Origin: Candidatus Marinacidobacterales bacterium
GTDB lineage: Bacteria > Acidobacteriota > Vicinamibacteria > Marinacidobacterales > SMYC01
Reading direction: 5' to 3'
NCBI GenBank assembly: GCA_965224085.1
Contig: CBDCYI010000004.1
Coordinates: 1,216,001-1,280,000, forward strand
DNA length: 64,000 nt
The translations under genes and the position numbers were made by a program. The number at the start of each line of letters is the position of its first letter. Position 1 is the stretch's first letter. This document shows positions 27,649-37,160 of this stretch, piece by piece. The notes beneath the pieces were generated by a model. The model was given only the letters and a program-made list of their open reading frames with translations, was not told the DNA's origin and ran no database searches.

Positions 27649-28737
27649 ATGCGGGATTTTTGCGGGCGGGCAGGCGCTTTTGCGCTTCTCGTCTGCCTGT
27701 TCTCCGCGTGCTCGCGAGACGCCGAGCCTATCCCGAGCTTTCGCGAGTTCGTCGAAGAGCTCTCCGAAGAGGGCGCTTATTTCGATACCGATAATCTCAT
27801 TTCCAACGAAACGGCGTACTCCCAGGTGGTCGAAGACCTCGAACCGATGGGGGGTGTCTATATCGGTGTCGGACCCGAGCAGAACTTTCACTACATCGGG
27901 AAGCTTCGTCCGAGCTGGGCGTTCATCGTGGACATTCGCCGCGACAACATGCTGCACCATTTGTTGTTAAACGCGCTCCTCGTGAACGCCGAGACACCCT
28001 ACGCCTATCTCTGCTGGCTCTTCTCTCTCTCGTGCGAGCCGCTCGCGAGCGAAGACGACTTTGAATCCGTTCTCGCTGCCGTGGGAGGAGCGGCGCCGGA
28101 CGAGAGGCTCTTCGCGACAAACTTGAAAGCCATCTACGGGCATATCGAGAATCGCCTGGAATACGACCTCGACGACGAGGACGCGCTCAGGATCGAGCTT
28201 GTCTATCGCGCTTACTTCGACGGACAGCTCGGGCTGCGTTTTCGAAGCCACGGCAGAAGGCCGATGGCGCACCATCCGACCTATCGAAGGCTTCTCGTAG
28301 AGCGCGGGTCGAGCGGTGAGACGGGCCACTTCCTGTCGCGTCCGGACGACTATGCCCATGTGCGCGGCCTGGCGGAGGCGGGTCGCCTCATACCAGTGGT
28401 CGGCGACTTCGCAGGTGATCATGCCCTTCGAAAGATCGGCGAGCTCGTCGAGGAGCAAGGCGAGACCGTTTCGGCCTTCTACGTGTCCAACGTCGAGTTT
28501 TACTTGATCCGAAACGAGATTTTCTCTAAGTATGTCGACAACGTGCGCACGCTGCCACTTGGCGAGAACAGCCAGTTCATCCGGGCCTATTTCAGTTATG
28601 GACAGCCCCACCCGGCGGGCCTTCCCGGTCACCGCAGCACCCTTGTCATACAAAAAATAAAGAGATTTCTAAAACTTTTCGACGAAGGTGCGTTCTACAA
28701 TTACTGGGCCGTGAGTGTCCTAGACTACGAACCATGA
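27649..28737 (+). CDS. Conserved hypothetical lipoprotein
   Basis: Lipobox FSAC; motifs FDTDNLISNE, GGVYIGVGPEQNF, VVGDFAG, FYVSNVEFYL; 4 bp after the reductase. Confidence 0.7.
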   Translation: MRDFCGRAGAFALLVCLFSACSRDAEPIPSFREFVEELSEEGAYFDTDNLISNETAYSQVVEDLEPMGGVYIGVGPEQNFHYIGKLRPSWAFIVDIRRDNMLHHLLLNALLVNAETPYAYLCWLFSLSCEPLASEDDFESVLAAVGGAAPDERLFATNLKAIYGHIENRLEYDLDDEDALRIELVYRAYFDGQLGLRFRSHGRRPMAHHPTYRRLLVERGSSGETGHFLSRPDDYAHVRGLAEAGRLIPVVGDFAGDHALRKIGELVEEQGETVSAFYVSNVEFYLIRNEIFSKYVDNVRTLPLGENSQFIRAYFSYGQPHPAGLPGHRSTLVIQKIKRFLKLFDEGAFYNYWAVSVLDYEP

Positions 28738-29015
28738 GCTCGCTTGAGTGGAAACGCATCCGCGTCGACTGGGAGGAGCTCGAAGAAGCCTTCGAAGACG
28801 GCGCGTCCGACCACCGCTATTATCTCGACCGGGAGACGGGCGCCGTCCACTTCTTCTCGAGCTATCTGGACAACGAGGAAGAAGAAGAGGACGAACGAGC
28901 AATCACGTCGAAAGAGCGTTACGTGCTCATCCCGCCCGAGCTGCGACTTTCCCACAAAAACCTCGAGGCGCGCATCGAATCCTGGCTTTCCGAGGTTAGC
29001 GTCGAGCCACTCTAG
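28734..29015 (+). CDS. UPF0158-like protein, short (probable internal deletion)
   Basis: VDWEELEEAFE..YYLDRETGAV start and RIESWL end; the usual central region appears absent. Confidence 0.55.
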   Translation: MSSLEWKRIRVDWEELEEAFEDGASDHRYYLDRETGAVHFFSSYLDNEEEEEDERAITSKERYVLIPPELRLSHKNLEARIESWLSEVSVEPL

Positions 29016-29128
29016 CGAGGTTGGTTACGAGCGTCAACGCGAACGCGCAACGGAAAACAGGGAGACTTTTCTTCGTCCTTGGCCCCTACTCTACGGTTAC
29101 GCTTTCAAAACAGCCTTCGCGGAATCCT

Positions 29129-30253
29129 TTACTGATATTGCTCGAGTTGCGAGAGAGCCCACCGTATCTCCTCCCTTACGGCTTCGTCCGCCTCGACGGC
29201 TAGACGCGCCTCGAGCTTGGGCTGCGCGCGGAGGTCGGCTAGGTGGGCGAGGGCCCAGGCCGCGTGGCCTCGTACCAGGGGCTCTTCATGCGCGAGCGCA
29301 TCCATGAGCGGCGCGACGGCTTTCGGGTCGCCGCTGTTACCGAGGGCGACGGCTACGTTTCTGAGAAAGCCTGGATAGCGCGCGCGTCGGATGGCGCTTT
29401 TTCGGGTGGCGTCGAGAAACGCTTTGCGGCTCATGCTCATCATCTCGATCAGGTCCATGGAAGCCAATGGCTCCCGTGCGAAGAACGCGCTCTCCTCGCT
29501 CTTCTTCGCAAAGCGGTTCCATGGGCAGACGTCCTGACAATCGTCACAACCGTAGATGCGGTTTCCGATGAGCGGTCGTAGCTTGCGCGGAATGAAGCCG
29601 CGAAGCTCGATCGTGAGGTACGAAATGCACAGACGACTATCGACCACGTAGGGCTCGACGATGGCGTCCGTCGGACAGGCATCGATGCATCGCGTGCACG
29701 TACCGCAGCGATCGGGAGCTTCGGTGTCTACTGGGAGGTCGAGAGGTACGAAAATCTCTCCGAGGAAGAACCATGAGCTTCCATCCTGTGACAGCAGATT
29801 CGAGTGCTTGCCGAGCCAACCGAGCCCGGCGGCAGCGGCATAAGACTTCTCGAGAACGGGACCGGTATCGACGTAGAGCTTGGTCGGCACGTGGCAGGTC
29901 TCTTCGATGAAAGACGCCAGTTGTTCGAGCTTTTCCTGTAAAACGTCGTGATAATCCGTGCCGTGTGCATAGCTCGAGATGACGCCAGCTAGAGGTTCGT
30001 CCTTGAGCAGGCCCTGATAGTAGTTCAAAGCGCAGCAAACGAGTGTGCGTGCCTCGGGGAGAACCCGCGCGCCATCCGTCCGCCGCTCCGGCGCACGCTC
30101 CATCCATCGCATCTCACCGTGGTAGCCGCGCTGCAACCACTCGTTCAAGTGCGCCTCCTCGCGTTCGAGCCGGGCGTGGCTGAAGCCCACCTTGGAGAAT
30201 CCGACCGCATAGGCTTTTTTGAGAATTGCCTCCCTGAGCTCCTGTTTGGGCAT
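29129..30253 (-). CDS. queG: Epoxyqueuosine reductase QueG
   Basis: YHGEMRWM, DYHDV, VDTGPVLEK, CGTCTRCIDACPT, GCDDCQDVCPWN, C-terminal HEAT-like repeats. Confidence 0.93.
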   Translation of the reverse strand: MPKQELREAILKKAYAVGFSKVGFSHARLEREEAHLNEWLQRGYHGEMRWMERAPERRTDGARVLPEARTLVCCALNYYQGLLKDEPLAGVISSYAHGTDYHDVLQEKLEQLASFIEETCHVPTKLYVDTGPVLEKSYAAAAGLGWLGKHSNLLSQDGSSWFFLGEIFVPLDLPVDTEAPDRCGTCTRCIDACPTDAIVEPYVVDSRLCISYLTIELRGFIPRKLRPLIGNRIYGCDDCQDVCPWNRFAKKSEESAFFAREPLASMDLIEMMSMSRKAFLDATRKSAIRRARYPGFLRNVAVALGNSGDPKAVAPLMDALAHEEPLVRGHAAWALAHLADLRAQPKLEARLAVEADEAVREEIRWALSQLEQYQ

Positions 30254-30280
30254 AGGTCCAGGTTAAGATAAACGCCTTCT

Positions 30281-30520
30281 ATGTCCAAGCTCGATAATGT
30301 CATTGCTACTTTGAACAATCTGGACGTGGGCTCTATCGACAAGATCATCGAGCAGCTCGTCGCAGTGAAGGAGGAGCTCGCCCGACACGAGCTCACCGAG
30401 CTTTTGGAAACAGTCGATGCGTGCCGCGAAGCACTGTCTCGGGGCGAGCTCGAGGAGTTCCGGCGCTTGCGCGAGACGGCCGTTAGCCGGCTCGGCCACG
30501 CACGCGTCAAGATGGAGTGA
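30281..30520 (+). CDS. Small hypothetical helical protein
   Basis: 79-aa ORF with amphipathic helical pattern, divergent from queG. Confidence 0.6.
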   Translation: MSKLDNVIATLNNLDVGSIDKIIEQLVAVKEELARHELTELLETVDACREALSRGELEEFRRLRETAVSRLGHARVKME

Positions 30521-30614
30521 TCCGGCTGTCCAGCTTCGACGGTCGTTTTGACAGGCCCCAGCCCGGCTGCTATAGTGCCCCCAACCCCCGACCTTGTCCA
30601 AAGGGTCGAAGTTC

Positions 30615-31664
30615 ATGTCCTCTCAAGTTTCGAAACGGGCGGTGTTGTTGGCCTCCAGTGAAACCGCCGAGCACCTCTACCCTCGTGGTGAGTTCTGCCA
30701 ACCTCTCCTCGACCTTCTAAACAAAGGGCGGGACCAGGCGGCGCTTGACTATCTCGCTCGGGAAACTTCTCTAGAAGTGCTCAGCGAATGCCTCCGGAAG
30801 GTGCCCGATCAAAGGCTCACCGCCTATCTGCTCGAGCAGTTCTTGCTCGTGGGCTCCATGCTTTCATCCGCGGCATTCACCGCCATCGAGAACTTGCGAG
30901 ACGAGCTGAAAGCGCTCGGTCTGGGAGCGTCCGCCGAGGATCCGAAAGACGTCCTCGTCCTTTACGACCGGCGTGTCGAGAAACTGGGAAAGTATTTCTT
31001 CGCCCTCGGCCGCCGATTGCAGCAGCTCGAATACTTCATGGAGAGCTGTCCGCTCACCGGAAGCGCGGAGCAGCTGCAAGGTCTCTACGGCCAGCGTGTA
31101 CGCGACCTCGCGGGAGACGTACGGTTCATAAGGCAGGGGCTCTCGCGTTGGGTCCTCCGGTTCGTGCCGCTTAGACGCGACCCCAAATCGATTGAAGTTG
31201 CCGACCTCGAGCTCATCGAAGGCCGTATCGACGCGGTCGTCGACGAGCTCGGGCTTCGGCTGCGAGAAGTTCGCGAGACTCTAAATATGACGCTCTATGA
31301 GCAGCTCTTGGTCATCGACCCGTCGCTAACGCGAAAGCAGCTCTTTCGGGGCGACGCGGAGAACATCGTTGATGTGGGCCGCCTTTTGGATTGGCTCGGG
31401 AATGTCCTGGAGCGCGCTCGGGAATTCGATAATGGGCGGCGACCCGATCAGCTCGATCGCGTCAAGACGCTTCTGCGCGAGTTCGAGCCCGAACAATATG
31501 TCGCGTTTTCCGGACTCCGAGAATCCGATCAAGATCTCTTTTTGCGCTGCATCGAAGACATCGAGAGCGAGGAAAACGACCCCACTCAAGTGCTCATACT
31601 TCTCACAGGAGATTTCATCGCGACGCTGAGGCGACAATATCGTGACGCAGGAACGCCTTCATGA
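30615..31664 (+). CDS. Hypothetical all-helical protein
   Basis: ~350-aa Leu/Glu/Arg-rich ORF filling the gap before kbl; no recognised motif. Confidence 0.65.
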   Translation: MSSQVSKRAVLLASSETAEHLYPRGEFCQPLLDLLNKGRDQAALDYLARETSLEVLSECLRKVPDQRLTAYLLEQFLLVGSMLSSAAFTAIENLRDELKALGLGASAEDPKDVLVLYDRRVEKLGKYFFALGRRLQQLEYFMESCPLTGSAEQLQGLYGQRVRDLAGDVRFIRQGLSRWVLRFVPLRRDPKSIEVADLELIEGRIDAVVDELGLRLREVRETLNMTLYEQLLVIDPSLTRKQLFRGDAENIVDVGRLLDWLGNVLERAREFDNGRRPDQLDRVKTLLREFEPEQYVAFSGLRESDQDLFLRCIEDIESEENDPTQVLILLTGDFIATLRRQYRDAGTPS

Positions 31665-31670
31665 CGCGCT

Positions 31671-32858
31671 ATGTTTGACGAATCACGAGAATCTTTTCAG
31701 CAAACGCTGAGCGAAATCGAAGAAGCCGGTCTGTACAAGCACGAGCGCGTCCTCACGTCTCGGCAGGGCGCTGCGATCGAAGTGCAAGCGGGCGAAGTCC
31801 TCAATTTTTGCGCGAACAACTATCTGGGGCTTTCGAACGACCCGCAGATCCTCAAGGTGGCGCATAAAGGTCTCGACGAGCGGGGCTTCGGACTGTCTTC
31901 GGTACGATTCATCTGCGGTACGCAGGATATCCACAAAGAGCTCGAGAAGAATGTCGCGCGCTTCCTCGGGACTGAAGACACGATTCTCTACAGCTCGTGC
32001 TTCGACGCGAATGGCGGCCTGTTCGAGACCGTTCTCTCGGAAGAGGATGCCATCATCAGCGACGCTCTCAACCACGCGAGCATCATCGATGGTATCCGTT
32101 TGTGTAAGGCCCAGCGGCTCCGCTATCACAACAGGGACATGAAGGACCTCGAGTCGAAGCTCGAGGAGGCCTCGGGTGCGCGCCGCCGGATGATTGCCAC
32201 CGATGGCGTCTTCAGCATGGACGGGACCTATGCGCCCCTTTCAGAAATCTGCGATCTCGCGGAGCGCCATAACGCGATGGTTATGGTCGACGATTCCCAC
32301 GCAACGGGTTTCGTGGGCGAAACGGGACGTGGCACGCCGGAGCTTTGCGGCGTTCGTGAGCGTGTCGATGTCGTGACGTCGACGCTCGGGAAGGCGCTCG
32401 GGGGTGCGGCGGGAGGCTTTACGTCTGGCCGGCAGGAAATCATCGACCTCTTGCGGCAGCGCTCGCGTCCCTATTTGTTCTCGAACTCACTCGCACCGGT
32501 CATCGTGTCCGCGGCGAATAAAGCTCTGGAGATTCTGGAGACGAGCTCTGAGCATCGCCGGCGGCTCATGGACAACACCGCTCACTTCCGCAAAGCGATG
32601 AACGAGCGCGGCTTCGACGTGGTGGAGGGAACCCACCCGATCGTCCCCATAATGCTCGGAGATGCCCGCCTCGCACAAGAGATGGCAAAACACATTCTGG
32701 CGGAAGGCATTTACGTCATCGGCTTCAGCTTCCCCGTAGTACCCAAAGGCCAAGCGAGAATCCGCGTCCAACTTTCCGCCGCCCACACCAAAGAACACGT
32801 CGCCCAAGCCATCGATGCCTTCACAAAAGTAGGAAAAACGCACAACGTCATCACCTGA
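31671..32858 (+). CDS. kbl: Glycine C-acetyltransferase (2-amino-3-ketobutyrate CoA ligase)
   Basis: [73 protein letters not shown]. Confidence 0.93.
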   Translation: MFDESRESFQQTLSEIEEAGLYKHERVLTSRQGAAIEVQAGEVLNFCANNYLGLSNDPQILKVAHKGLDERGFGLSSVRFICGTQDIHKELEKNVARFLGTEDTILYSSCFDANGGLFETVLSEEDAIISDALNHASIIDGIRLCKAQRLRYHNRDMKDLESKLEEASGARRRMIATDGVFSMDGTYAPLSEICDLAERHNAMVMVDDSHATGFVGETGRGTPELCGVRERVDVVTSTLGKALGGAAGGFTSGRQEIIDLLRQRSRPYLFSNSLAPVIVSAANKALEILETSSEHRRRLMDNTAHFRKAMNERGFDVVEGTHPIVPIMLGDARLAQEMAKHILAEGIYVIGFSFPVVPKGQARIRVQLSAAHTKEHVAQAIDAFTKVGKTHNVIT

Positions 32859-32979
32859 TGACTGGTAGCTTGGAAAAAGCTCCCCAAGCCCCGGCGAGCG
32901 GGGCGAACTTGCGGTGCGATGACTATCGAGGATCGAGGAACGGAACTCTTCCTCTCCTGTGCCAGAGTTTGGTTGATCT

Positions 32980-33060
32980 CTTTAAACTTCCTACTAAAAT
33001 ACTTAGTATAACAGTAAATACATGATATTGTATTACTAACGTTATTAATTTGGTTTCTTG
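32980..33060 (+). promoter_or_regulatory. AT-rich promoter/operator region with short palindromes upstream of a TA operon
   Basis: TACTAA-N5-TTAGTA (32992-33008), AATACA-N6-TGTATT (33017-33034), TAACGTTA (33037-33044); TATAAC at 33007-33012. Confidence 0.55.
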
Positions 33061-33073
33061 AAAGGAGAAAGAG

Positions 33074-33574
33074 ATCACCGTCGACGAGAAAACTGGGCGA
33101 CAGACGAGGGTTGCCGACGAGGTATGGATTGCCACCGCGCTCTTGCACCGAGAGCATCCCGAGCGTAAGGACTTTACCATTCAAGAGATACGGAAGCGGG
33201 CGGAGCGAGAAGCGATGACGGGAACACTTCGTCCTGGCGTCTACGTGCACATCGTTCAGCATTGTGTCGCGAACCGGTCACCCAATCCCGGACGCTACCG
33301 CATGCTGTTTGCCACCGCCCCCAAGACGCGGAGGCTCTTCCGGGATGGCGATACGTATGACCCGGAGCGCGCGGGATCGAAAACGCGGCCCGACCGAAAC
33401 AACGTACCGGACCAGTATCGCGAGCTCATCGATTGGTATGAGCGGGACTTTCGAGGGTGGCGTGACTCGGACAACGAAGATCCCATATTGAAGCTGCGCG
33501 GACTGGGCGGTGAGCTTTGGCGGGGCATCGACCCCGACGACTATGTGCGTAGGTTGCGTGAGGGATGGGAGTGA
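33074..33574 (+). CDS. Large putative antitoxin (helical N-terminal domain + VapB-like C-terminal tail)
   Basis: Open frame from 33062. AAGGAG RBS lies 6 nt before ATC at 33074; first canonical start is TTG at 33143. C-terminus LRGLGGELWRGIDPDDYVRRLREGWE is typical of PIN-neutralising tails; GTGA overlap with the PIN gene. Confidence 0.7.
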   Translation: MTVDEKTGRQTRVADEVWIATALLHREHPERKDFTIQEIRKRAEREAMTGTLRPGVYVHIVQHCVANRSPNPGRYRMLFATAPKTRRLFRDGDTYDPERAGSKTRPDRNNVPDQYRELIDWYERDFRGWRDSDNEDPILKLRGLGGELWRGIDPDDYVRRLREGWE

Positions 33575-33993
33575 GTCGTATTTTCTGGGACACGAACCTG
33601 TTCGTCTATCTCATCGAGGACTACGGGGATTTATCGGAGCGTGTCGTTAAGATCCGTGAGCGCATGCTGAGGCGCAGAGACGGGCTCTACACTTCCGCTT
33701 TGACTTTGGGCGAGATCCTCGTGAAACCGCTAGACGAGAATAGAGAGGACCTCGCCGCGGACTATGAGCTCGCTCTGACGAGCGCAGCGGTCGTCATCCC
33801 CTTCGACAAAACGACCGCTCGAAGGTTCGCAGCCATACGGCGGGACCGAAGCGTGAAGCCACCCGACGCGATCCAGCTCGCCTGCGCGTCGCAGGTGAGC
33901 ACGGATCTGTTCATTACGAACGACGACCGCCTGAGCAAAAAGGTCATTGCCGGAGTGCAGTTCATCACTTCTCTCGCGGACGCTGTGATCTGA
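33571..33993 (+). CDS. PIN-domain (VapC-like) toxin
   Basis: FWDTNLFVY, TSALTLGEIL, PDAIQLACA, FITND: the four PIN acidic positions are present. Confidence 0.9.
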   Translation: MSRIFWDTNLFVYLIEDYGDLSERVVKIRERMLRRRDGLYTSALTLGEILVKPLDENREDLAADYELALTSAAVVIPFDKTTARRFAAIRRDRSVKPPDAIQLACASQVSTDLFITNDDRLSKKVIAGVQFITSLADAVI

Positions 33994-34047
33994 GGCCGAG
34001 TGACCAGCGTCAACAACCGCCCTGTTCCCAGAAACCGTAACCGCGTC

Positions 34048-34077
34048 AAAAAAACCCCTCACCGTCGTGGTGAGCGG
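34048..34077 (-). terminator. Rho-independent terminator downstream of the dnaK fragment
   Basis: Minus strand ccgctcacc-acgac-ggtgagggg followed by T7. Confidence 0.7.
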
Positions 34078-34102
34078 CCTTCGTCTGACTAGTGAATGCT
34101 GA

Positions 34103-34995
34103 TCAGGTTACTTCTGTAAACTCCGCGTCGACGACGTCTTCGTCGGCGCTCGGCGCCGAGCCGTCGTTAGCCGGTTCGCCGCTTGATGGCTCGGCTTCCT
34201 TTTTCGCGTAGAGTCTTTCGGCCATAGCGTGCGCCGCCTTGGTGAGGCGTTCCTCGGCCGCCTGAATGGCCTCGAGGTCGCCGCTATCGAGCTTGGCCTT
34301 GGCCTCCTCGAGAGCGCTTTCGACTTCCTGAACGATCGACGGTTCGAGGTCGTTCTTGTTCTCATCGAGGCTTTGCTGGGACGCGAAGATCGCAGTGTCG
34401 AGACGATTCCGTGCCTCCACCTCTTGACGAATCTTCTCATCCGCCTCACGGTGGGTCTCGGAATCCTTGACCATGCGCTCGATTTCCTCTTTGCTGAGGC
34501 CACTCGAGCTTTCGAGCGTGATGCTCTGCGCTTTGCCTGTGGTGACATCCTTGGCACTGACGTTGACGATGCCGTTGGCGTCGATGTCAAACGAGACTTC
34601 GATTTGGGGCACGCCCCGGGGAGCGGGCGGGAGACCGACGAGCTGGAATTCTCCCAACGTTCGGTTGTCCTTGGCCATCTCGCGCTCGCCCTGTAGCACG
34701 TGCACGCCCACGCTCGGCTGGCTGTCCACCGCGGTCGAGAAAATTTCGCTCTTCTCGACCGGGATCGTGGTGTTGCGGTCGATGAGCTTCGTGAAGACGC
34801 CGCCCAGGGTCTCGATGCCGAGCGAAAGAGGCGTGACGTCGAGCAGTAGCATGTCCTTGACGTCACCTTGCATAACGCCACCTTGAATGGCGGCGCCGAT
34901 GGAGACGATCTCGTCCGGGTTGACGCCCTTGTGGGGGTCCTTCCCGAAGAGTTCTTTCACCATTTCTTGGACTTTGGGGATTCGCGTCGAGCCGC
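34103..34995 (-). pseudogene. dnaK: 3' half of dnaK (Hsp70), 5' part lost at an IS5 end
   Basis: [61 protein letters not shown]. The sequence stops exactly at the IS IR (34996). Confidence 0.9.
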
Positions 34996-36082
34996 TGCCT
35001 TGGTGCACAACTCGCGATCTCGGTCCACAATTGTCCTTTACTCACGGATTCGAGGTTCCCCATGAGCATTTTCAAACGCACTCAGCGGAAGTATGTGAAG
35101 AAGGCCTATCGCGTGAGGAATTGGCGTGAATATGAGGCGGGTCTACGCAACCGTGGGAGCCTGACCGTCTGGATCTCGCTCACCGCCGGCAAGCTTGTGA
35201 ACTGGGACGCGCCCCGGCCGAGGAGGAGGAAACCGGGCCGTCAACGCAAGTACTCGAACCACGCCATCGAGACGGCTGTCACCCTGGGCATGGTGTTTCA
35301 TCTGTCATCTAGGCAGAGCGAGGGATTGCTGCGGTCGTTGTTCGCTCTGATGAAGCTAGACAATGATGTGCCCGATCACACCACGATCTCGAGGCGCAAG
35401 GCGAAGCTGGGTAAGGTCCCCTTCTACCAAGACAAGCAGAAGACGCCGTTGCACATCTTGTTCGACAGCAGCGGTCTCGCTGTCCACGCCGGCCAGCTGC
35501 GCAGAGCACCAAATAGCAGGGACTATCGCAAGCTCCATCTGTGTGTCGACGAGCAGAGTGGCGAAGTCGTCGCCGGCGAGCTGACGAGCAAAAGAGCCCG
35601 CGATTCATCGCGGGTTGCATCGCTTGTCGGACAGAGCGACAGTCCCATCTCATCGGCCAGAGCTGACACCGCATACGACGCCAGCGGCGTCTATGAGGCA
35701 ATCGAGAATCACAGCGCTCATCGCTCGCCGAGGGTGCTGATACCGCCGCGCAAAGGCGCCCAGCTCGCATCGGGGCCGGCGAGCAGCCGACAGCGCAATC
35801 GCAACATTGCAGCACAAGCTCGGCTCGGCAAACGAAAGTGGCACACAGAATCGGGCTACAGCAAACGGAGCAAAGTCGAGACAACGTTCCATCGCTACAA
35901 GGCTATCGTGGGCTCAGCGATGCGAGCGAGAGGGTTGGCGGCACAGAGAGTCGAGGCAAGGATCGGGTGCAAGATTCTCAACACCATGACGGCGCTCGGG
36001 ATGCCTGATAGCGAGATGATCGGATGATGGGAGTCGGGGCCAAGCGAGCTCTCGGCCTCTATCGGAGTTGTGCACCAAGGCA
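34996..36082 (+). mobile_element. IS5 family (IS903 group) element, copy A, 1087 bp
   Basis: 18-bp perfect IRs tgccttggtgcacaactc / gagttgtgcaccaaggca; near-identical to 62405-63491; no target duplication. Confidence 0.92.
35062..36027 (+). CDS. IS5/IS903-group DDE transposase
   Basis: NWREYEAGLRNRGSLTVW, PDHTTISRR, DSSGL, ADTAYD, YSKRSKVET, LNTMTALGMP. Confidence 0.93.
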   Translation: MSIFKRTQRKYVKKAYRVRNWREYEAGLRNRGSLTVWISLTAGKLVNWDAPRPRRRKPGRQRKYSNHAIETAVTLGMVFHLSSRQSEGLLRSLFALMKLDNDVPDHTTISRRKAKLGKVPFYQDKQKTPLHILFDSSGLAVHAGQLRRAPNSRDYRKLHLCVDEQSGEVVAGELTSKRARDSSRVASLVGQSDSPISSARADTAYDASGVYEAIENHSAHRSPRVLIPPRKGAQLASGPASSRQRNRNIAAQARLGKRKWHTESGYSKRSKVETTFHRYKAIVGSAMRARGLAAQRVEARIGCKILNTMTALGMPDSEMIG

Positions 36083-37024
36083 GCCTGGCGGTGGTGCGCT
36101 CGCGCAAGCAGGGCTATCTCGTCGGGCTGCAAAGACGACGGCGCGAGGAGGTCTATCGTTACATCGAGCGCGCCAGCGGAGAGTGGATCGACTGCCCTGG
36201 TGGCATCACGGTGAGCGAAAAAGCCGAGCCACCTAAGACTCGTGTGCAAGAAGTCCGCTCCGAGCAGTCTGGCGTGCGCATCTTCGTCGTTCACAGCGAC
36301 GAAAGGCTCGCCTACGAGCGCGGGCAGAGGCTGCGGGCCATGGGACGTGCCCGTGCGGCATTCGAGGCCCTCGAGCGCCGCGTGCGCGAGGGACGATTGA
36401 AAGCCCCCGAGAAAATCGGTGCCGCCGCCGCGCGCATACAGGCACGCCACCACGGTCACCGTTACTACGACTGGGAGTACAAAAACGCTCGCTTCCGCTT
36501 CTTCGAGCACCCGGACAACCTCAAGCGCGAGCAAGCCTACGAGGGTAAGTACGTTATTCAAACCGAGGAGCAAAACCTCTCTCCGGTCGACGCCGTGCGC
36601 CTTTACAAGGACCTAAACGAGGTCGAGCGAGCCTTCTCATGCCTTAAGGATGTCATTGAGATGCATCCCGTTTACCACCAGACCGATGAGCGTGTGGAGG
36701 CACATCTTTTCGTAGCTACGCTGGCCTTCCTTGTGCATCGGGCTCTTGAGAAAAAGCTCAAGGTCGCCGAACTCGACCTGTCCGCAACCGAGGCACTACA
36801 AGCGCTACGCTCGGTCCGGCTCGTCGACTTACAGCTGGGTTCTGGGCGGACCAAGCGCGTCGTCACGCGCGGCACCGCTCGCGCCAACTCGATCCTGACT
36901 GCACTCGGAATCGTTGAACGCGACCCGCCAGCCTTCTCCGAGGAGGTGCTGTCAGCGTAGAGACAAACCGCGGATCTCAGTCCTTTGTTTATGATGACTT
37001 AGAGACCTAAAAGGGAAACATGGG
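36083..37024 (+). mobile_element. 3' remnant of an IS1634-family element (transposase C-terminal half to 36960, right end to ~37024)
   Basis: EGKYVIQT, AVRLYKDLNEVERAFSCLK, PVYHQTDERVEAHLFV; right end ..gaaacatggg followed by ctag; 5' part replaced by IS5. Confidence 0.8.
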
Positions 37025-37160
37025 CTAGCGCTCGCTCACCTTGCAGATCTGCACGCGAAGCGATTCGAGCAAAAAACGCCTGCAAGCGGTGCTTGGTGCT
37101 CCAAAACGCCGGTCGGTTCGAGTAGAATCGCCGCACCACCGATTCGAGGAGGTATTCGAA

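Noticed and set aside
32980-33060. Replication origin unwinding element
   Set aside because: No DnaA boxes nearby; its position directly before an RBS fits a promoter.
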